A stretch of DNA of 64,000 nucleotides from Gammaproteobacteria bacterium (GTDB lineage Bacteria > Pseudomonadota > Gammaproteobacteria > Eutrophobiales > Eutrophobiaceae): positions 2,656,001 through 2,720,000 of the forward strand of contig OZ220696.1 in assembly GCA_965116495.1 (NCBI GenBank), written 5' to 3'. Shown piece by piece: positions 40,813-50,689 of the stretch. How positions within the stretch are numbered: position 1 is the first letter of the stretch; each line of letters opens with the position of its first letter. Position numbers and translations under genes: made by a program. The notes under the pieces are model-generated. The model was given only the letters and a program-made list of their open reading frames with translations, had not been told where the DNA came from and ran no database searches.

Positions 40813-41829
40813 CTAGAACGACGCAGGCACCGGCGGCAGTTCACCGCTGGCGTAACGTGTCTCCAGTCCCGGTGTCAGGTTCTCCCAGACCAGCAGCATG
40901 GAACGTTTCGGAGAAAAGCCGCGATGGCGTATGTCCGCCGGCATGCAGGACACGTCCCCGGCTTTCATGGTAACCACGCACATCGGGGCAGCTGTATCCT
41001 TGTCAGCTACTTTCCAGGTAATCTCATCGGACATCTGGATAAACCATTCCACCCTGTCGTTGCCGTGGTCCACCGGCAGGATATGTTCTTCCGACGTCGG
41101 GCAGTAAGCGCTGGCTCTCACAATGGAAACGATAGACGGATTCCAGGTAACCGGCGAGCGGGACAGGTATTTGAACAGGTTGAAGGCCGCGAGTTGTCCT
41201 TCGAAACCAGCTTCGGCATGGACTTCCGGCTCGGACTGGTCCACATCAGCGAACTGCCGGTTGACCGGCCGCCCGTTTTCATCGGAACGGACCGGGGTGT
41301 CGCCGGGCAGGCTGACGAAACGGTCCGCCAGTTCCCGCTGAAAATTGACAGCTTCATCGTTGTTGCCGTTTTTAGGCCCGCGCCCGCTGCCGGTTTCAAG
41401 CGGCGCGGCAAAGGGGTTGAAACCGGCATTGGTCCAATCCAGCATCAAGCCTTTAAAACAGGCAAGTAACACGCCCGGTTCAAACCGTTCGGTAAAGTCG
41501 GTGCCGGAATCCTTGTAGGCCTGGTTATAGGCACCCATGAAGACGTCGACGCTGTCGTAGTTATTTACGGTGCCGAACACCTCATCAAAGTTGACCCAAC
41601 CGTAAAAAAATCCCCATGCCACGTCGCGTATCATCGAGCGCATAAAATTCTCCACGTCCATCACGTGGGTCACGGTCGGACACTGGATACGGGCAAAATA
41701 CTCATCCCGTTCAAACTTGAACGAGCCGATTTCAAAGCGCTTGTAGCCGTTGACCGGGTGCGGCGCGCTTTCACGATGCGCTCCGGTAAGAATCGGCAGG
41801 TCGGTAATTTGTTCTGCTATGGCTGCCAT
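40813..41829 (-). CDS. hydroquinone 1,2-dioxygenase large subunit (HqdB/HapD/PnpC2 type, cupin)
   Basis: FERDEYFARI, RDVAWGFFYGWVNFD, CPTSEEHILPVDHGNDRVEWF, MPADIRHRG, MLLVWEN. Confidence 0.88.
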   Translation of the reverse strand: MAAIAEQITDLPILTGAHRESAPHPVNGYKRFEIGSFKFERDEYFARIQCPTVTHVMDVENFMRSMIRDVAWGFFYGWVNFDEVFGTVNNYDSVDVFMGAYNQAYKDSGTDFTERFEPGVLLACFKGLMLDWTNAGFNPFAAPLETGSGRGPKNGNNDEAVNFQRELADRFVSLPGDTPVRSDENGRPVNRQFADVDQSEPEVHAEAGFEGQLAAFNLFKYLSRSPVTWNPSIVSIVRASAYCPTSEEHILPVDHGNDRVEWFIQMSDEITWKVADKDTAAPMCVVTMKAGDVSCMPADIRHRGFSPKRSMLLVWENLTPGLETRYASGELPPVPASF

Positions 41830-41847
41830 AATTATTTCCCCCTCAGA

Positions 41848-42348
41848 TCAGTGCTGGCAGATTTCCGCCCATTTTTCGACGGACTCATCACCCAGTAAGG
41901 TTTGCAGTAAAATCACGCTCAATTCACCGGCGCGAAACCGGTAGGCTGCGCCGGCCGGCAACAGGACCAGGTGGCCCCGCGTCGCCTTGATATGCCCCAT
42001 GACCTGGCCCTCCGGTTGGCCGGCCAGTTTAACGGATCCCTCCTTCTCTTCGGGTGGAACCAGCCCGCCGTCCGCGGGCTTTATAAAACGGGCTTCCATG
42101 CTGCCCTGCATGAGCAACGCGGTCTCATCGTGACTGCAGATATACCAGGGGCTGTCTCCTTCCGCGCGTATCACTTCAACGGTGTTCTCCAGGTTTTTAG
42201 CGATGACAATTCGCTCCCAGGGATCTGCATTGCCGGCCACCTCGAACATATTGGAAAACAGGTAATCCCGCGCATCTTCATTACCGGTAATTTCAACGCC
42301 GCCTTTGCTGTAGCTATCGATGCTTCCGAATACGGTAGTTACGGACAT
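41848..42348 (-). CDS. hydroquinone 1,2-dioxygenase small subunit (HqdA/HapC/PnpC1 type)
   Basis: TVFGSIDSYSKGGVEI, YLFSNMFEVA, HDE, LLPAGAAYRF, SVEKWAEIC. Confidence 0.88.
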   Translation of the reverse strand: MSVTTVFGSIDSYSKGGVEITGNEDARDYLFSNMFEVAGNADPWERIVIAKNLENTVEVIRAEGDSPWYICSHDETALLMQGSMEARFIKPADGGLVPPEEKEGSVKLAGQPEGQVMGHIKATRGHLVLLPAGAAYRFRAGELSVILLQTLLGDESVEKWAEICQH

Positions 42349-42375
42349 GGTCTTTCCCCCGGAGACAGTAGGTTA

Positions 42376-42437
42376 ATAAGGAAATTTGGGACACCCATAC
42401 ATTGCGCGCTATTTATGGGTGTCCCAAATTTCCTTAT
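42376..42437. repeat. perfect 24-bp inverted repeat (REP-like or operator)
   Basis: ATAAGGAAATTTGGGACACCCATA ... TATGGGTGTCCCAAATTTCCTTAT. Confidence 0.8.
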
Positions 42438-42481
42438 CATATCGCATCGTGATAGTTTCTGAAAAGGAGCAAAGCAGAAGT

Positions 42482-42504
42482 GGGACAGAATTGAATTCTG
42501 TCCC
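42482..42504. repeat. REP-like palindrome
   Basis: GGGACAGAATTGAATTCTGTCCC. Confidence 0.75.
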
Positions 42505-42672
42505 CGCTTGACCCTGCCCGACGCAGATAAAGTATCTCAAAGGCGCCACAGTATAGCATCCCGCCGGTTTTATTTTTGTGGAGGGATGTTATATTAGGGA
42601 GAGTTCTGAGGATTTAACCAGAAGTTCCTTGCCACACACGTCCTCAATCTACTGACTACAAGATAGACACAC

Positions 42673-43347
42673 ATGGGCATTAATCCAAAAGTGCGCCAGA
42701 CAGATCAGCAGACATCCCTTCCCGTCGTTAAAAAAATGCGCAAGGACGCCATACTGAAACGCAAGGAACTGATTAAAATCGCCACTGAAATGTTCCTGGA
42801 ATTGGGCTATGAAAAAGCCAGCATGAATAATCTCGTCAAGCGTTCCGGATCATCAAAAAGCACCATATACAAACATTTCCGCAGCAGGCAGGCGCTTTTC
42901 ATTGCCGTGATAGATGAGAAATTACGCGATCATCTGGCCCCCATTGAAAACCTGGATCTTACAACCCTGAGCATTGAAGAAGGCCTGAAACTGATCGGGA
43001 GGACAGGGATAAAGGTAATCACATCGAAAGATCACATAAACCTGTGCCGAATCATATATCCCGAAGCTGAACGGATACCTTATGTAGGCAAGACCTACTA
43101 CGAACATGGGCCAAAACGCGGTATGGAGGGCGTGGTAAAATATCTATCTGCCATGGTGGAAAGTGGCAGGATCAGGTGCGCGGATCCTTCTTCGGCAGCA
43201 GAACACTTCTGGGGTATGATACTGCACAAGCCCATGCTGGAAATGTATTGTGGTATCAGAGGTCCTTTAACGACCCGGGAGCAAAAAAACTATATAGACA
43301 GAGTTGTCGACTCTTTCATCTCTGCTTTCATTGTAGAGATTGAATAA
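42673..43347 (+). CDS. TetR/AcrR-family regulator
   Basis: ATEMFLELGYEKASMNNLVKRSGSSKSTIYKHF HTH; YYEHGP in the C-terminal domain. Confidence 0.9.
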   Translation: MGINPKVRQTDQQTSLPVVKKMRKDAILKRKELIKIATEMFLELGYEKASMNNLVKRSGSSKSTIYKHFRSRQALFIAVIDEKLRDHLAPIENLDLTTLSIEEGLKLIGRTGIKVITSKDHINLCRIIYPEAERIPYVGKTYYEHGPKRGMEGVVKYLSAMVESGRIRCADPSSAAEHFWGMILHKPMLEMYCGIRGPLTTREQKNYIDRVVDSFISAFIVEIE

Positions 43348-43351
43348 CCGG

Positions 43352-43647
43352 CTATTGTGCTTTAAACCAGGTGTCAAGGTAGTCAAAAAACTGTTCCTCC
43401 TCATCGGTATGGCAGCGGAAGCCAATATACCCGTCGGGACGTATCAACAATAACTGGCCGCTATCGATTTTGCCATAGCATTCGGCAAATTCCCCTTTGG
43501 CATCCGTAACCAACCCTCTTTCCGGGTCAATTGTATCCGGTCGTCCACGCCATGCCCATGGGCCATGATGATATCGTGCATGGCATGGGTACCGGCGATC
43601 ACCTGTGCGCCGACGATCAATACAGGTTTATGTTGATCCGGAATCAT
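43352..43647 (-). pseudogene. relic of a PcpB-like FAD-dependent (halo)phenol 4-monooxygenase with two large deletions
   Basis: Three collinear fragments: MIPDQHKPVLIVGA | QVIAGTHAMHDIIMAHGHGVDDRIQLTRKEGW | (frameshift) VTDAKGEFAECYG...LLLIRPDGYIGFR...DYLDTWFKAQ*. Confidence 0.72.
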
Positions 43648-43825
43648 GCTAATCCCTGCGTCATCGATTTGTTCATGTCGATCTCAGAATTAATTCTTGA
43701 ATATTGTAGCTGAAGCCACTAAACTGTACAGGATGGTTCGGTTTAGCATGATGACCACTCGAAGAATTTAGTTTATATTTCATAAGCAATAACATAACAA
43801 ATTTATATCCCGGAGGAAAAAGAAC

Positions 43826-44794
43826 ATGTCCGATAAACTGCCAGGTACAAGCCTGACCGGCCACCATCACATAACGATAGGCGTCGGCAACGCACAGGAA
43901 GACTTCGATTTTCACACCAAGGTACTGGGACTGAAATGCGTCAAGCGCACCTTGTTCTACGACGGGGCAACCCCGGTTTACCACCTGTATTACGGGAATG
44001 ACATCGGTGATGAAAGTACGCTGCTCACCACGTTCCCGGTGGCCCACATAGGGGTAAAGGCAAAGGAAGGCAGCGGTCAGGTCAGTTACGTCAGCTTGTC
44101 CGTGCCTGAAGATTCATTGCCTTACTGGAACAACCGTCTCCGGGAACATGGTTTCGAAGTGACGGAAACCGAACGTTTCGGAGAAAAACACCTCGATTTC
44201 CGTTCCCCGCACAACATCCGCCTGTCCATGGTCGGTGTCGATGACGATACGCGGGCGCCGTATTCCGATGGGCCGGTTCCTGCCGAGAACATGATCCGCG
44301 GCACCCACGCAGCCGGCGTCTCCACCCGCGACATGGAATTCATGGAAGAGTTTCTGCAGGTGGCGTGGGGCTCCCACAAGGAAGCAGACGACAGCAACCT
44401 GGTTCGCTTCACCATGGGCGAGGGCGGCACCGGCACCTATACGGACTTCGAAATCGAACCGGACCGTAAACCGGGGTCCTGGACTGTGGGCGAAGGCGCA
44501 ATCCATCACATGGCCTATAACGTGCCTACCCGGAAAGATCAGGATGCCATCAAGTTTTTCACCGAGGGACTCGGCTATACGGATTTTTCCGACGTGAAGG
44601 ATCGCGGCTATTTTGATTCCATATACATCCGTACCCCCTCCGGCGCCCTGTTTGAAGCCTGTTGTTCACACAAACCTGCTTTCACTTGCGATGAACCGTC
44701 AGAAACACTTGGGACAAAGCTGATGATGTCGCCGCAAATCGAAGCACATAAAGATGAGGTGCTGAAAGTTATCGGTGAAATCAAGGATGATTGA
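43826..44794 (+). CDS. PcpA/LinE-like (halo)hydroquinone 1,2-dioxygenase (VOC family)
   Basis: HHHIT, VKRTLFYDGATPVYHLY, TTFP, GAIHHMAY, KDRGYFDSIYIRTPSGALFE (2-His-1-Glu). Confidence 0.85.
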   Translation: MSDKLPGTSLTGHHHITIGVGNAQEDFDFHTKVLGLKCVKRTLFYDGATPVYHLYYGNDIGDESTLLTTFPVAHIGVKAKEGSGQVSYVSLSVPEDSLPYWNNRLREHGFEVTETERFGEKHLDFRSPHNIRLSMVGVDDDTRAPYSDGPVPAENMIRGTHAAGVSTRDMEFMEEFLQVAWGSHKEADDSNLVRFTMGEGGTGTYTDFEIEPDRKPGSWTVGEGAIHHMAYNVPTRKDQDAIKFFTEGLGYTDFSDVKDRGYFDSIYIRTPSGALFEACCSHKPAFTCDEPSETLGTKLMMSPQIEAHKDEVLKVIGEIKDD

Positions 44795-44888
44795 GATAAA
44801 ATAATCCATACCAGCAAAATCCGCAGTTGAGACGCCAGCCCGGCTGATACCCGTTGCGTTTTGCCGGCAGATCACAGAGACTGTTTCA

Positions 44889-45953
44889 ATGATGAATTTT
44901 CACTATGCAGCGCTTCCCTGGAACATCATATTCGCGGCCGGCGCCCGGAAACGCCTGCCCGGGGAACTGGCGCAACTCGGCTACTCCCGCGCACTGGTGC
45001 TGGCAACACCGAACCAGTCGGATATCGGGCAGGAGATCGTCAAACTGCTGGGCGACAAGGCGGTGGGACTGTTCGACCGGGCCATGATGCACGTGCCAGT
45101 TGAGACACTCGAACAGGCAATGGCGGAGGTAAAACGGCTTGACGCCGACTGCTCCGTTTCCGTGGGCGGCGGCTCAACCACCGGCCTGAGCAAGGCACTG
45201 GCTTTCCACCTCGACCTGCCCAATATCGTGCTGCCCACCAGTTACGCCGGTTCGGAGATGACCAATGTCTGGGCAGTGACACAGGACAACCGCAAGGTTA
45301 CCCGGCGGGATAACGTTGTTGTGCCGACGCTGACTATCTATGATCCGGAGCTGACCCTGACGCTGCCGCCGGCATTCGCGGCCGCCAGCGGCATGAACGC
45401 CATGGCGCAGGCCGTTGCCAATGCAGCTGCGGAAGACGCCAATCCCATAAGTTCGGTTCTTGCCCTGGAGGGAATCCGCACCCTGGCGCGCAGTCTGCCT
45501 GCCATCATTTCCGAACCCGAAAACATGGACGCGCGTACCAAAGCCCTGTACGGCGCCAGCCTGGCTGCCGCCGCGCTGGGAACAGGCACAACAGGCCTGC
45601 ATCATCGTCTGTGCCACACTTTCGGCGGCACGTTTAACACCCCCCATGCCGAGACCCATACAGTCCTGCTGCCGCACAGTGTCGCCTACAACGCCGGCGC
45701 CAGGCCCGACACTACGCGCAGGGTCACCGAAGCCCTGGGAGTCAGTGATGCCGCAACCGGACTGTTTGAACTGGCCGGAAAGCTTGGCGCCCCCACTGCA
45801 CTAAAAGACATCGGGGTAAAGGAGACGGACCTGGATGAAGCCGCCGCAGTAGCCGTGGAAAATCCGATAAAAAATCCCGAGCCGGTTACCAGGGAAAGAA
45901 TTCGCGCCTTGCTTGAAAACGCCTGGCACGGCCATCCCCCCCCGCCTGTGTAA
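44889..45953 (+). CDS. maleylacetate reductase
   Basis: [50 protein letters not shown]. Confidence 0.9.
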   Translation: MMNFHYAALPWNIIFAAGARKRLPGELAQLGYSRALVLATPNQSDIGQEIVKLLGDKAVGLFDRAMMHVPVETLEQAMAEVKRLDADCSVSVGGGSTTGLSKALAFHLDLPNIVLPTSYAGSEMTNVWAVTQDNRKVTRRDNVVVPTLTIYDPELTLTLPPAFAAASGMNAMAQAVANAAAEDANPISSVLALEGIRTLARSLPAIISEPENMDARTKALYGASLAAAALGTGTTGLHHRLCHTFGGTFNTPHAETHTVLLPHSVAYNAGARPDTTRRVTEALGVSDAATGLFELAGKLGAPTALKDIGVKETDLDEAAAVAVENPIKNPEPVTRERIRALLENAWHGHPPPPV

Positions 45954-45958
45954 CCGTT

Positions 45959-47326
45959 ATGAGACCCGTTCCGCAGATCACCGTGCAAGAGGCCGCCGCC
46001 AGGGTCCATTCCGGCGACGTGCTTATCGTGGGCGGCTTCGGTATGACGGGTAACCCGACCAGGGTGATGCACGCCATTGCCGAAACTGACCTGACCGATC
46101 TCACTTATATCGGCAATAACGTCGGAGAACCCGGGCTCGCCGGCGGGCGTTGCCTGCGCAAGGGACAGTTCAAGAAAGTCATAGGCTCGTTCTTTACCAG
46201 CAACCCGGAAGCCGTTGCGGCGGCACAGTCCGGGGAAGTCGAATTCGAACTCTTGCCCCAGGGCACCCTGGCTGAGGCAATCCGCGCCGGCGGGGCCGGT
46301 ATCGGCGGTTTCTTTACACCCACCTCAGCCGGAACGCCGCTGGCGGAAGGGCGCGAGACAAAGCTTATCGACGGAACGGAAATGGTATTTATTCCCGCGC
46401 TGCATGCCGATGTCGCGATCATCAGGGCCTGGCGCGCGGATACGGCCGGCAACCTGCAGTACCGTATGACCGAAAACAATTTTAACCAGGCGGCAGCTAC
46501 TGCCGCCGACCTGGTCATTGCAGAGGTGGAGGAAATCGTATCGGCCGGCGCGCTCGATCCTGATTTCATCCATACCCCGGGCTGTTTTGTCGATTACCTG
46601 GTCCAGGCCGCGCTTGACCCGGAGCACCTGGGTACCTCGGCATCCGTGGCGGCGAGCCTGAAAAAGGTGGATGATACCCGCATGATGATGGCCGGGATAG
46701 CACTGGCGGAATTGAAGCGGGGCGATATCGTCAACCTGGGGGTCGGCATACCCACCCTGGTAGCGGACCTGATCAAGCCGGAAGACGGCATCATCCTGCA
46801 CTCTGAAAACGGGATGTTGGGCGTGGGCCCCGAACCGGAATCCGGCGGCGCCATGGAGTACCCGGTCAATGCCGGCAAAGTACCGGTCACCGCGCTGTCG
46901 GGCGCCAGCTATTTCGACAGCGCCACCTCTTTCGCCATGATCCGGGGAGGCCACGTGGACGTGGCCATCATGGGCGGACTACAGGTGGACGAGCAGGGCA
47001 GCCTGGCCAACTGGGCGGTACCGGGCAAACCCCTGCTCGGCGTCGGCGGCGCCATGGACCTGGCGTCCGGCGCCAGGAAGCTGATCGTCACGATGACCCA
47101 CTGCGACAGGAACGGCAACTCCAAGGTGGTTCCCCGTTGCAACCTGCCCCTGACCGCGCGCAAGGCCGTCGATTTACTGATCACGGACCTGGCGGTATTT
47201 GACTTCGACGCATCGGGCATGCGCCTGGTGCGGCTGCTGCCGGGTATTACTGAAGATGAAGTAAGGGCCGGGACGGCGGCGGATTATACGGTGGCCCTGG
47301 CCGGCCGGGGTAACGGAGGATCATGA
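45959..47326 (+). CDS. 3-oxoacid (probably 3-oxoadipate) CoA-transferase, fused A+B subunits
   Basis: GGFG and [15 protein letters not shown] (A) followed by [14 protein letters not shown] (catalytic Glu) and GVGGAMDL (B) in one ORF. Confidence 0.88.
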   Translation: MRPVPQITVQEAAARVHSGDVLIVGGFGMTGNPTRVMHAIAETDLTDLTYIGNNVGEPGLAGGRCLRKGQFKKVIGSFFTSNPEAVAAAQSGEVEFELLPQGTLAEAIRAGGAGIGGFFTPTSAGTPLAEGRETKLIDGTEMVFIPALHADVAIIRAWRADTAGNLQYRMTENNFNQAAATAADLVIAEVEEIVSAGALDPDFIHTPGCFVDYLVQAALDPEHLGTSASVAASLKKVDDTRMMMAGIALAELKRGDIVNLGVGIPTLVADLIKPEDGIILHSENGMLGVGPEPESGGAMEYPVNAGKVPVTALSGASYFDSATSFAMIRGGHVDVAIMGGLQVDEQGSLANWAVPGKPLLGVGGAMDLASGARKLIVTMTHCDRNGNSKVVPRCNLPLTARKAVDLLITDLAVFDFDASGMRLVRLLPGITEDEVRAGTAADYTVALAGRGNGGS

Positions 47327-47874
47327 TCTTCGACCCTGCCGTCAATGTCATCGCCGCGCTGATACTCAGCTACGTGTTCGTCCTGGCGGGACTGCACAAA
47401 TGCACGGCGCCGGCGGAGTTTGCAGCCACCCTGGCGAATTACAAAATTCTCCCGGAAAACCTGACCCGCCAGGGCATCTACCTGATCCCCGTTGCGGAAA
47501 TCATGACCGGGGTCGCTCTGCTGATTCCGGCCACGGCACAGCTCGCGGCATTGTCGGCAGGTGCGTTACTGTGCATCTACATTGCCGCCATCGGTATCAA
47601 CCTGCTGCGCGGCCGGCGCAATATCGACTGTGGTTGTGGCGGGCCGGCCCAGAAACAAAGCATCAGCGAATGGATGATCGTGCGCAACGCCCTGCTGGTG
47701 CTGCTGGCCTGTATAGCCGGCAGCCAGGCCGAGCCGCGCACACTGCTCTGGTTCGATTGGTTGATAATCATCCTGGCGGCCGTCATGGGTTGCCTGTTCT
47801 ACAATATCATTAACCAGTTACTGGTAAATAAAGACCTGCTGAAATCGCTGGCCCATGAGGAATACCATGCTTGA
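47323..47874 (+). CDS. mauE: amine dehydrogenase maturation membrane protein MauE
   Basis: TM helices, [26 protein letters not shown]. Confidence 0.9.
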   Translation: MIFDPAVNVIAALILSYVFVLAGLHKCTAPAEFAATLANYKILPENLTRQGIYLIPVAEIMTGVALLIPATAQLAALSAGALLCIYIAAIGINLLRGRRNIDCGCGGPAQKQSISEWMIVRNALLVLLACIAGSQAEPRTLLWFDWLIIILAAVMGCLFYNIINQLLVNKDLLKSLAHEEYHA

Positions 47875-48478
47875 AGCCTTAATTGTTTCCAACCTGCTGC
47901 TCTGGATCATCGTGGTGATACTGGGGGTGATGGTGTTTGCCCTGGTCAGGCAGATAGGCGTACTCTATGAACGGGTGGCGCCGGCAGGCGCCCTGATGGT
48001 GAATCAAACCCTGCGTCCCGGTGACGCGGCCCCCGAGATGGATTTGCTCACCATCGAAGATAAAAAAATCCGTATAGGCGGTGTCCGGGAACCCGCGCGC
48101 AGCCTGCTGCTGTTTTTTCTCGCTCCCGATTGTCCGGTATGCAAGACCCTGCTGCCGGTGCTGTTTTCGGCACGGAAAGAAGAAAGCGGATGGCTGGACA
48201 TCGTGCTGGCCAGCGACGGTCCTGCCGGAGAACACAGGAAGTTCATCGAGCAGCAGAAACTGTCACCCTTTGATTACGTGCTGTCGGAAATACTCGGCCG
48301 CAGTTACGGGGTAGGTAAACTGCCGTACTCGGTCCTGATCGATGAGCAGGGCAAAGTCGTTACCATGGGCATCATCAATTCCAGGGAACACCTGGAGAGC
48401 CTGTTCGAAGCCAAGGAGCGGGGCGTTGCCTCCATCCAGGAATACGTGAAAAAGTATCACTCCGCAGAACCCGGCTAG
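47867..48478 (+). CDS. mauD: amine dehydrogenase accessory thioredoxin-like protein MauD
   Basis: ALVRQIGVLYERVAPAGAL, CPVC, SREHLESLFEAKERGVASIQ. Confidence 0.92.
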   Translation: MLEALIVSNLLLWIIVVILGVMVFALVRQIGVLYERVAPAGALMVNQTLRPGDAAPEMDLLTIEDKKIRIGGVREPARSLLLFFLAPDCPVCKTLLPVLFSARKEESGWLDIVLASDGPAGEHRKFIEQQKLSPFDYVLSEILGRSYGVGKLPYSVLIDEQGKVVTMGIINSREHLESLFEAKERGVASIQEYVKKYHSAEPG

Positions 48479-48498
48479 TTGGTATCAGAGTAAAACCC

Positions 48499-49641
48499 AT
48501 GACTCAGGACGCTGCTGCAGCAAGAATTCATCGCGGACTGAAAGGAGTTTATTTCGACCGATCGCCGGCAACGTTCATCGATGGTCAGGCTGGTGAACTC
48601 CGCTATTACGGTTATTCGATCGATGACCTGGCCGCAAATTCCAGTTTTGAAGAAACTGCCTACCTGTTGTTGCACGGTGAGTTACCAAACAGCGCACAGT
48701 TCCGCGCATTCGATGAGCAGCTCAAGACGGAGCGGGTACTGCCGGAGCCTCTCTATGACATCATCAGCGCCATTGCTGATGCTCACCCGATGGACGTCCT
48801 GCGAACGGCAGTTTCTGCATTGGCTGCTTATGACCCGGAAGTCCAAGATTGTTCTGCAGAGGCAGTTCTGCGAAAAGGCGTTCGACTCACTTCGCAAGTG
48901 CCAATGATCGTGGCTACCCATCATAGAGTCAGAATTGGCAAACCCCCGATTGCACCGGATATGAACTTAAGCCATGCAGCCAATTTTTTGTATATGTTAC
49001 AGGGAGAGGCGCCTGGTGAAGGCGCTGCAAGATTGATGGATCTTGATTTTATCCTGCACGCCGAACATGGATCGAATGCGTCCTCGTTCACAGCGAGAGT
49101 TGTCACCGGAACAGATGCTAACCTGCATGCGGCGATCACAGCAGCCATAGCGGCACTCTCGGGACCTGCACATGGTGGTGCTGCCGAAAATGTTATACAG
49201 ATGGCCCGTGCAATTGGAGATCCCAGGAATGCGAAGCAGTACGTCAAAGCCAAAAGGAGTAACAGGGAAGCCATCATGGGTTTTGGTCATCGGGTTTACC
49301 GCGCAGAAGATCCGCGGGCGAAACATTTGCGTCATGGCGTCGAACGGCTGTCGAGAGAAAAGGGTGAACCGCGCTGGAATCAGATTCTTCAGGCCCTGGT
49401 CGAGGCCATGCAACCTTATGCGCGCCATGGCGTCAACGTCAATGTCGATTTTTACTCCGGTGTGATGTATCACTTGCACGGCATCCCACAGGATATCTTT
49501 GTACCGATCTTCGCAGTAGGACGTGTCCCGGGCTGGACATTACAGGTATTGCAACAGCTTGAAAACAATATTCTGATCAGACCGCTGTTAAATTATAACG
49601 GTCCAGGACTGCGTCCTTACATCCCCATGGAAGATCGTTAG
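48499..49641 (+). CDS. citrate / 2-methylcitrate synthase family protein
   Basis: [41 protein letters not shown]. Confidence 0.9.
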   Translation: MTQDAAAARIHRGLKGVYFDRSPATFIDGQAGELRYYGYSIDDLAANSSFEETAYLLLHGELPNSAQFRAFDEQLKTERVLPEPLYDIISAIADAHPMDVLRTAVSALAAYDPEVQDCSAEAVLRKGVRLTSQVPMIVATHHRVRIGKPPIAPDMNLSHAANFLYMLQGEAPGEGAARLMDLDFILHAEHGSNASSFTARVVTGTDANLHAAITAAIAALSGPAHGGAAENVIQMARAIGDPRNAKQYVKAKRSNREAIMGFGHRVYRAEDPRAKHLRHGVERLSREKGEPRWNQILQALVEAMQPYARHGVNVNVDFYSGVMYHLHGIPQDIFVPIFAVGRVPGWTLQVLQQLENNILIRPLLNYNGPGLRPYIPMEDR

Positions 49642-49651
49642 CGGGAAAACC

Positions 49652-50623
49652 GTGTCATTTGTTCAACGTTTCATAGAAAGAACACGGGCAGTCTCTGCAC
49701 GACTTGTGTTACCCGAGGGAGACAATGTCCGGATGCTCGCGGCTGCAAGTAGAATCGCGATTGAAGGAATGGGGGAGGTATTCCTTATCGGTAAGCCTGA
49801 GAGTATCGAGGTGTTGGCAGCAGACAATAATATATCGCTGGAAGCCTGCACAATCGTCGATCCGCGCACAAGTGGCCGTAGGCAATACTATGCTGAATTG
49901 TATACCAGTCAGCGTGGTAAAGTGAATTCCGGGATGGCGCTCCGGGCCATGCACAAGCCGCTTTACTTCGGAGCGATGATGGTAAAGGCAGGCGACGCCG
50001 ATGTGCTGCTTGCGGGTATCGACAACCCGACGCGGAGGGTTATCGAAGCTACGCAATTGTGCATTGGTCTCGCTGATGGTATTCAGACACCATCTAGTTT
50101 TTTTATCATGCTCCCGAAGGACAGCAAACCGCTCGTTTTTGCGGACTGTGCCGTCAATGCTGATCCCACGGCAGAAGAACTCGCTGATATTGCCATCACG
50201 TCGGCCAGAAATGCGGAGCGACTACTTGATGATGAACCTCGCGTAGCGCTGCTTTCGTTTTCGACAAAGGGCAGCGCCAGTCATTCGCACGTCGATAAGG
50301 TCGTGCGTGCAGTATCGCTTGTTCGGGAGCGGGCGCCTGGACTCGCGGTCGATGGAGAACTACAGGCGGATAGCGCGCTCATTCCTGCGATCGCGGAAAT
50401 CAAGTCGGTCTCGTCGGGTGCTGTAGCCGGCCATGCTAATGTGTTGATATTCCCGGACCTGGATGCCGGTAACATCGCCTACAAGCTTGTCCAGCACCTG
50501 GGTCATGCCGATGCCATCGGACCTGTACTGCAGGGGTTTGCCAAACCTGTAGCTGACTTGTCCCGGGGAGCAAGTGTAGAGGATGTAGTTGCCACCGCGG
50601 CAATCATGGTTTCGATAACATAG
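49652..50623 (+). CDS. pta: phosphate acetyltransferase
   Basis: [46 protein letters not shown]. Confidence 0.9.
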   Translation: MSFVQRFIERTRAVSARLVLPEGDNVRMLAAASRIAIEGMGEVFLIGKPESIEVLAADNNISLEACTIVDPRTSGRRQYYAELYTSQRGKVNSGMALRAMHKPLYFGAMMVKAGDADVLLAGIDNPTRRVIEATQLCIGLADGIQTPSSFFIMLPKDSKPLVFADCAVNADPTAEELADIAITSARNAERLLDDEPRVALLSFSTKGSASHSHVDKVVRAVSLVRERAPGLAVDGELQADSALIPAIAEIKSVSSGAVAGHANVLIFPDLDAGNIAYKLVQHLGHADAIGPVLQGFAKPVADLSRGASVEDVVATAAIMVSIT

Positions 50624-50689
50624 CCCGGTTATCCCCCCGGGAAGCTTGTTACTGCGAGGTTTCCATTATTGCAGACACGGGCGGCCAGC

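Noticed and set aside
40396-41469. 357-aa plus-strand ORF spanning the MITE and dioxygenase
   Set aside because: It is an antisense read-through of the dioxygenase gene plus MITE sequence, with no protein motifs.
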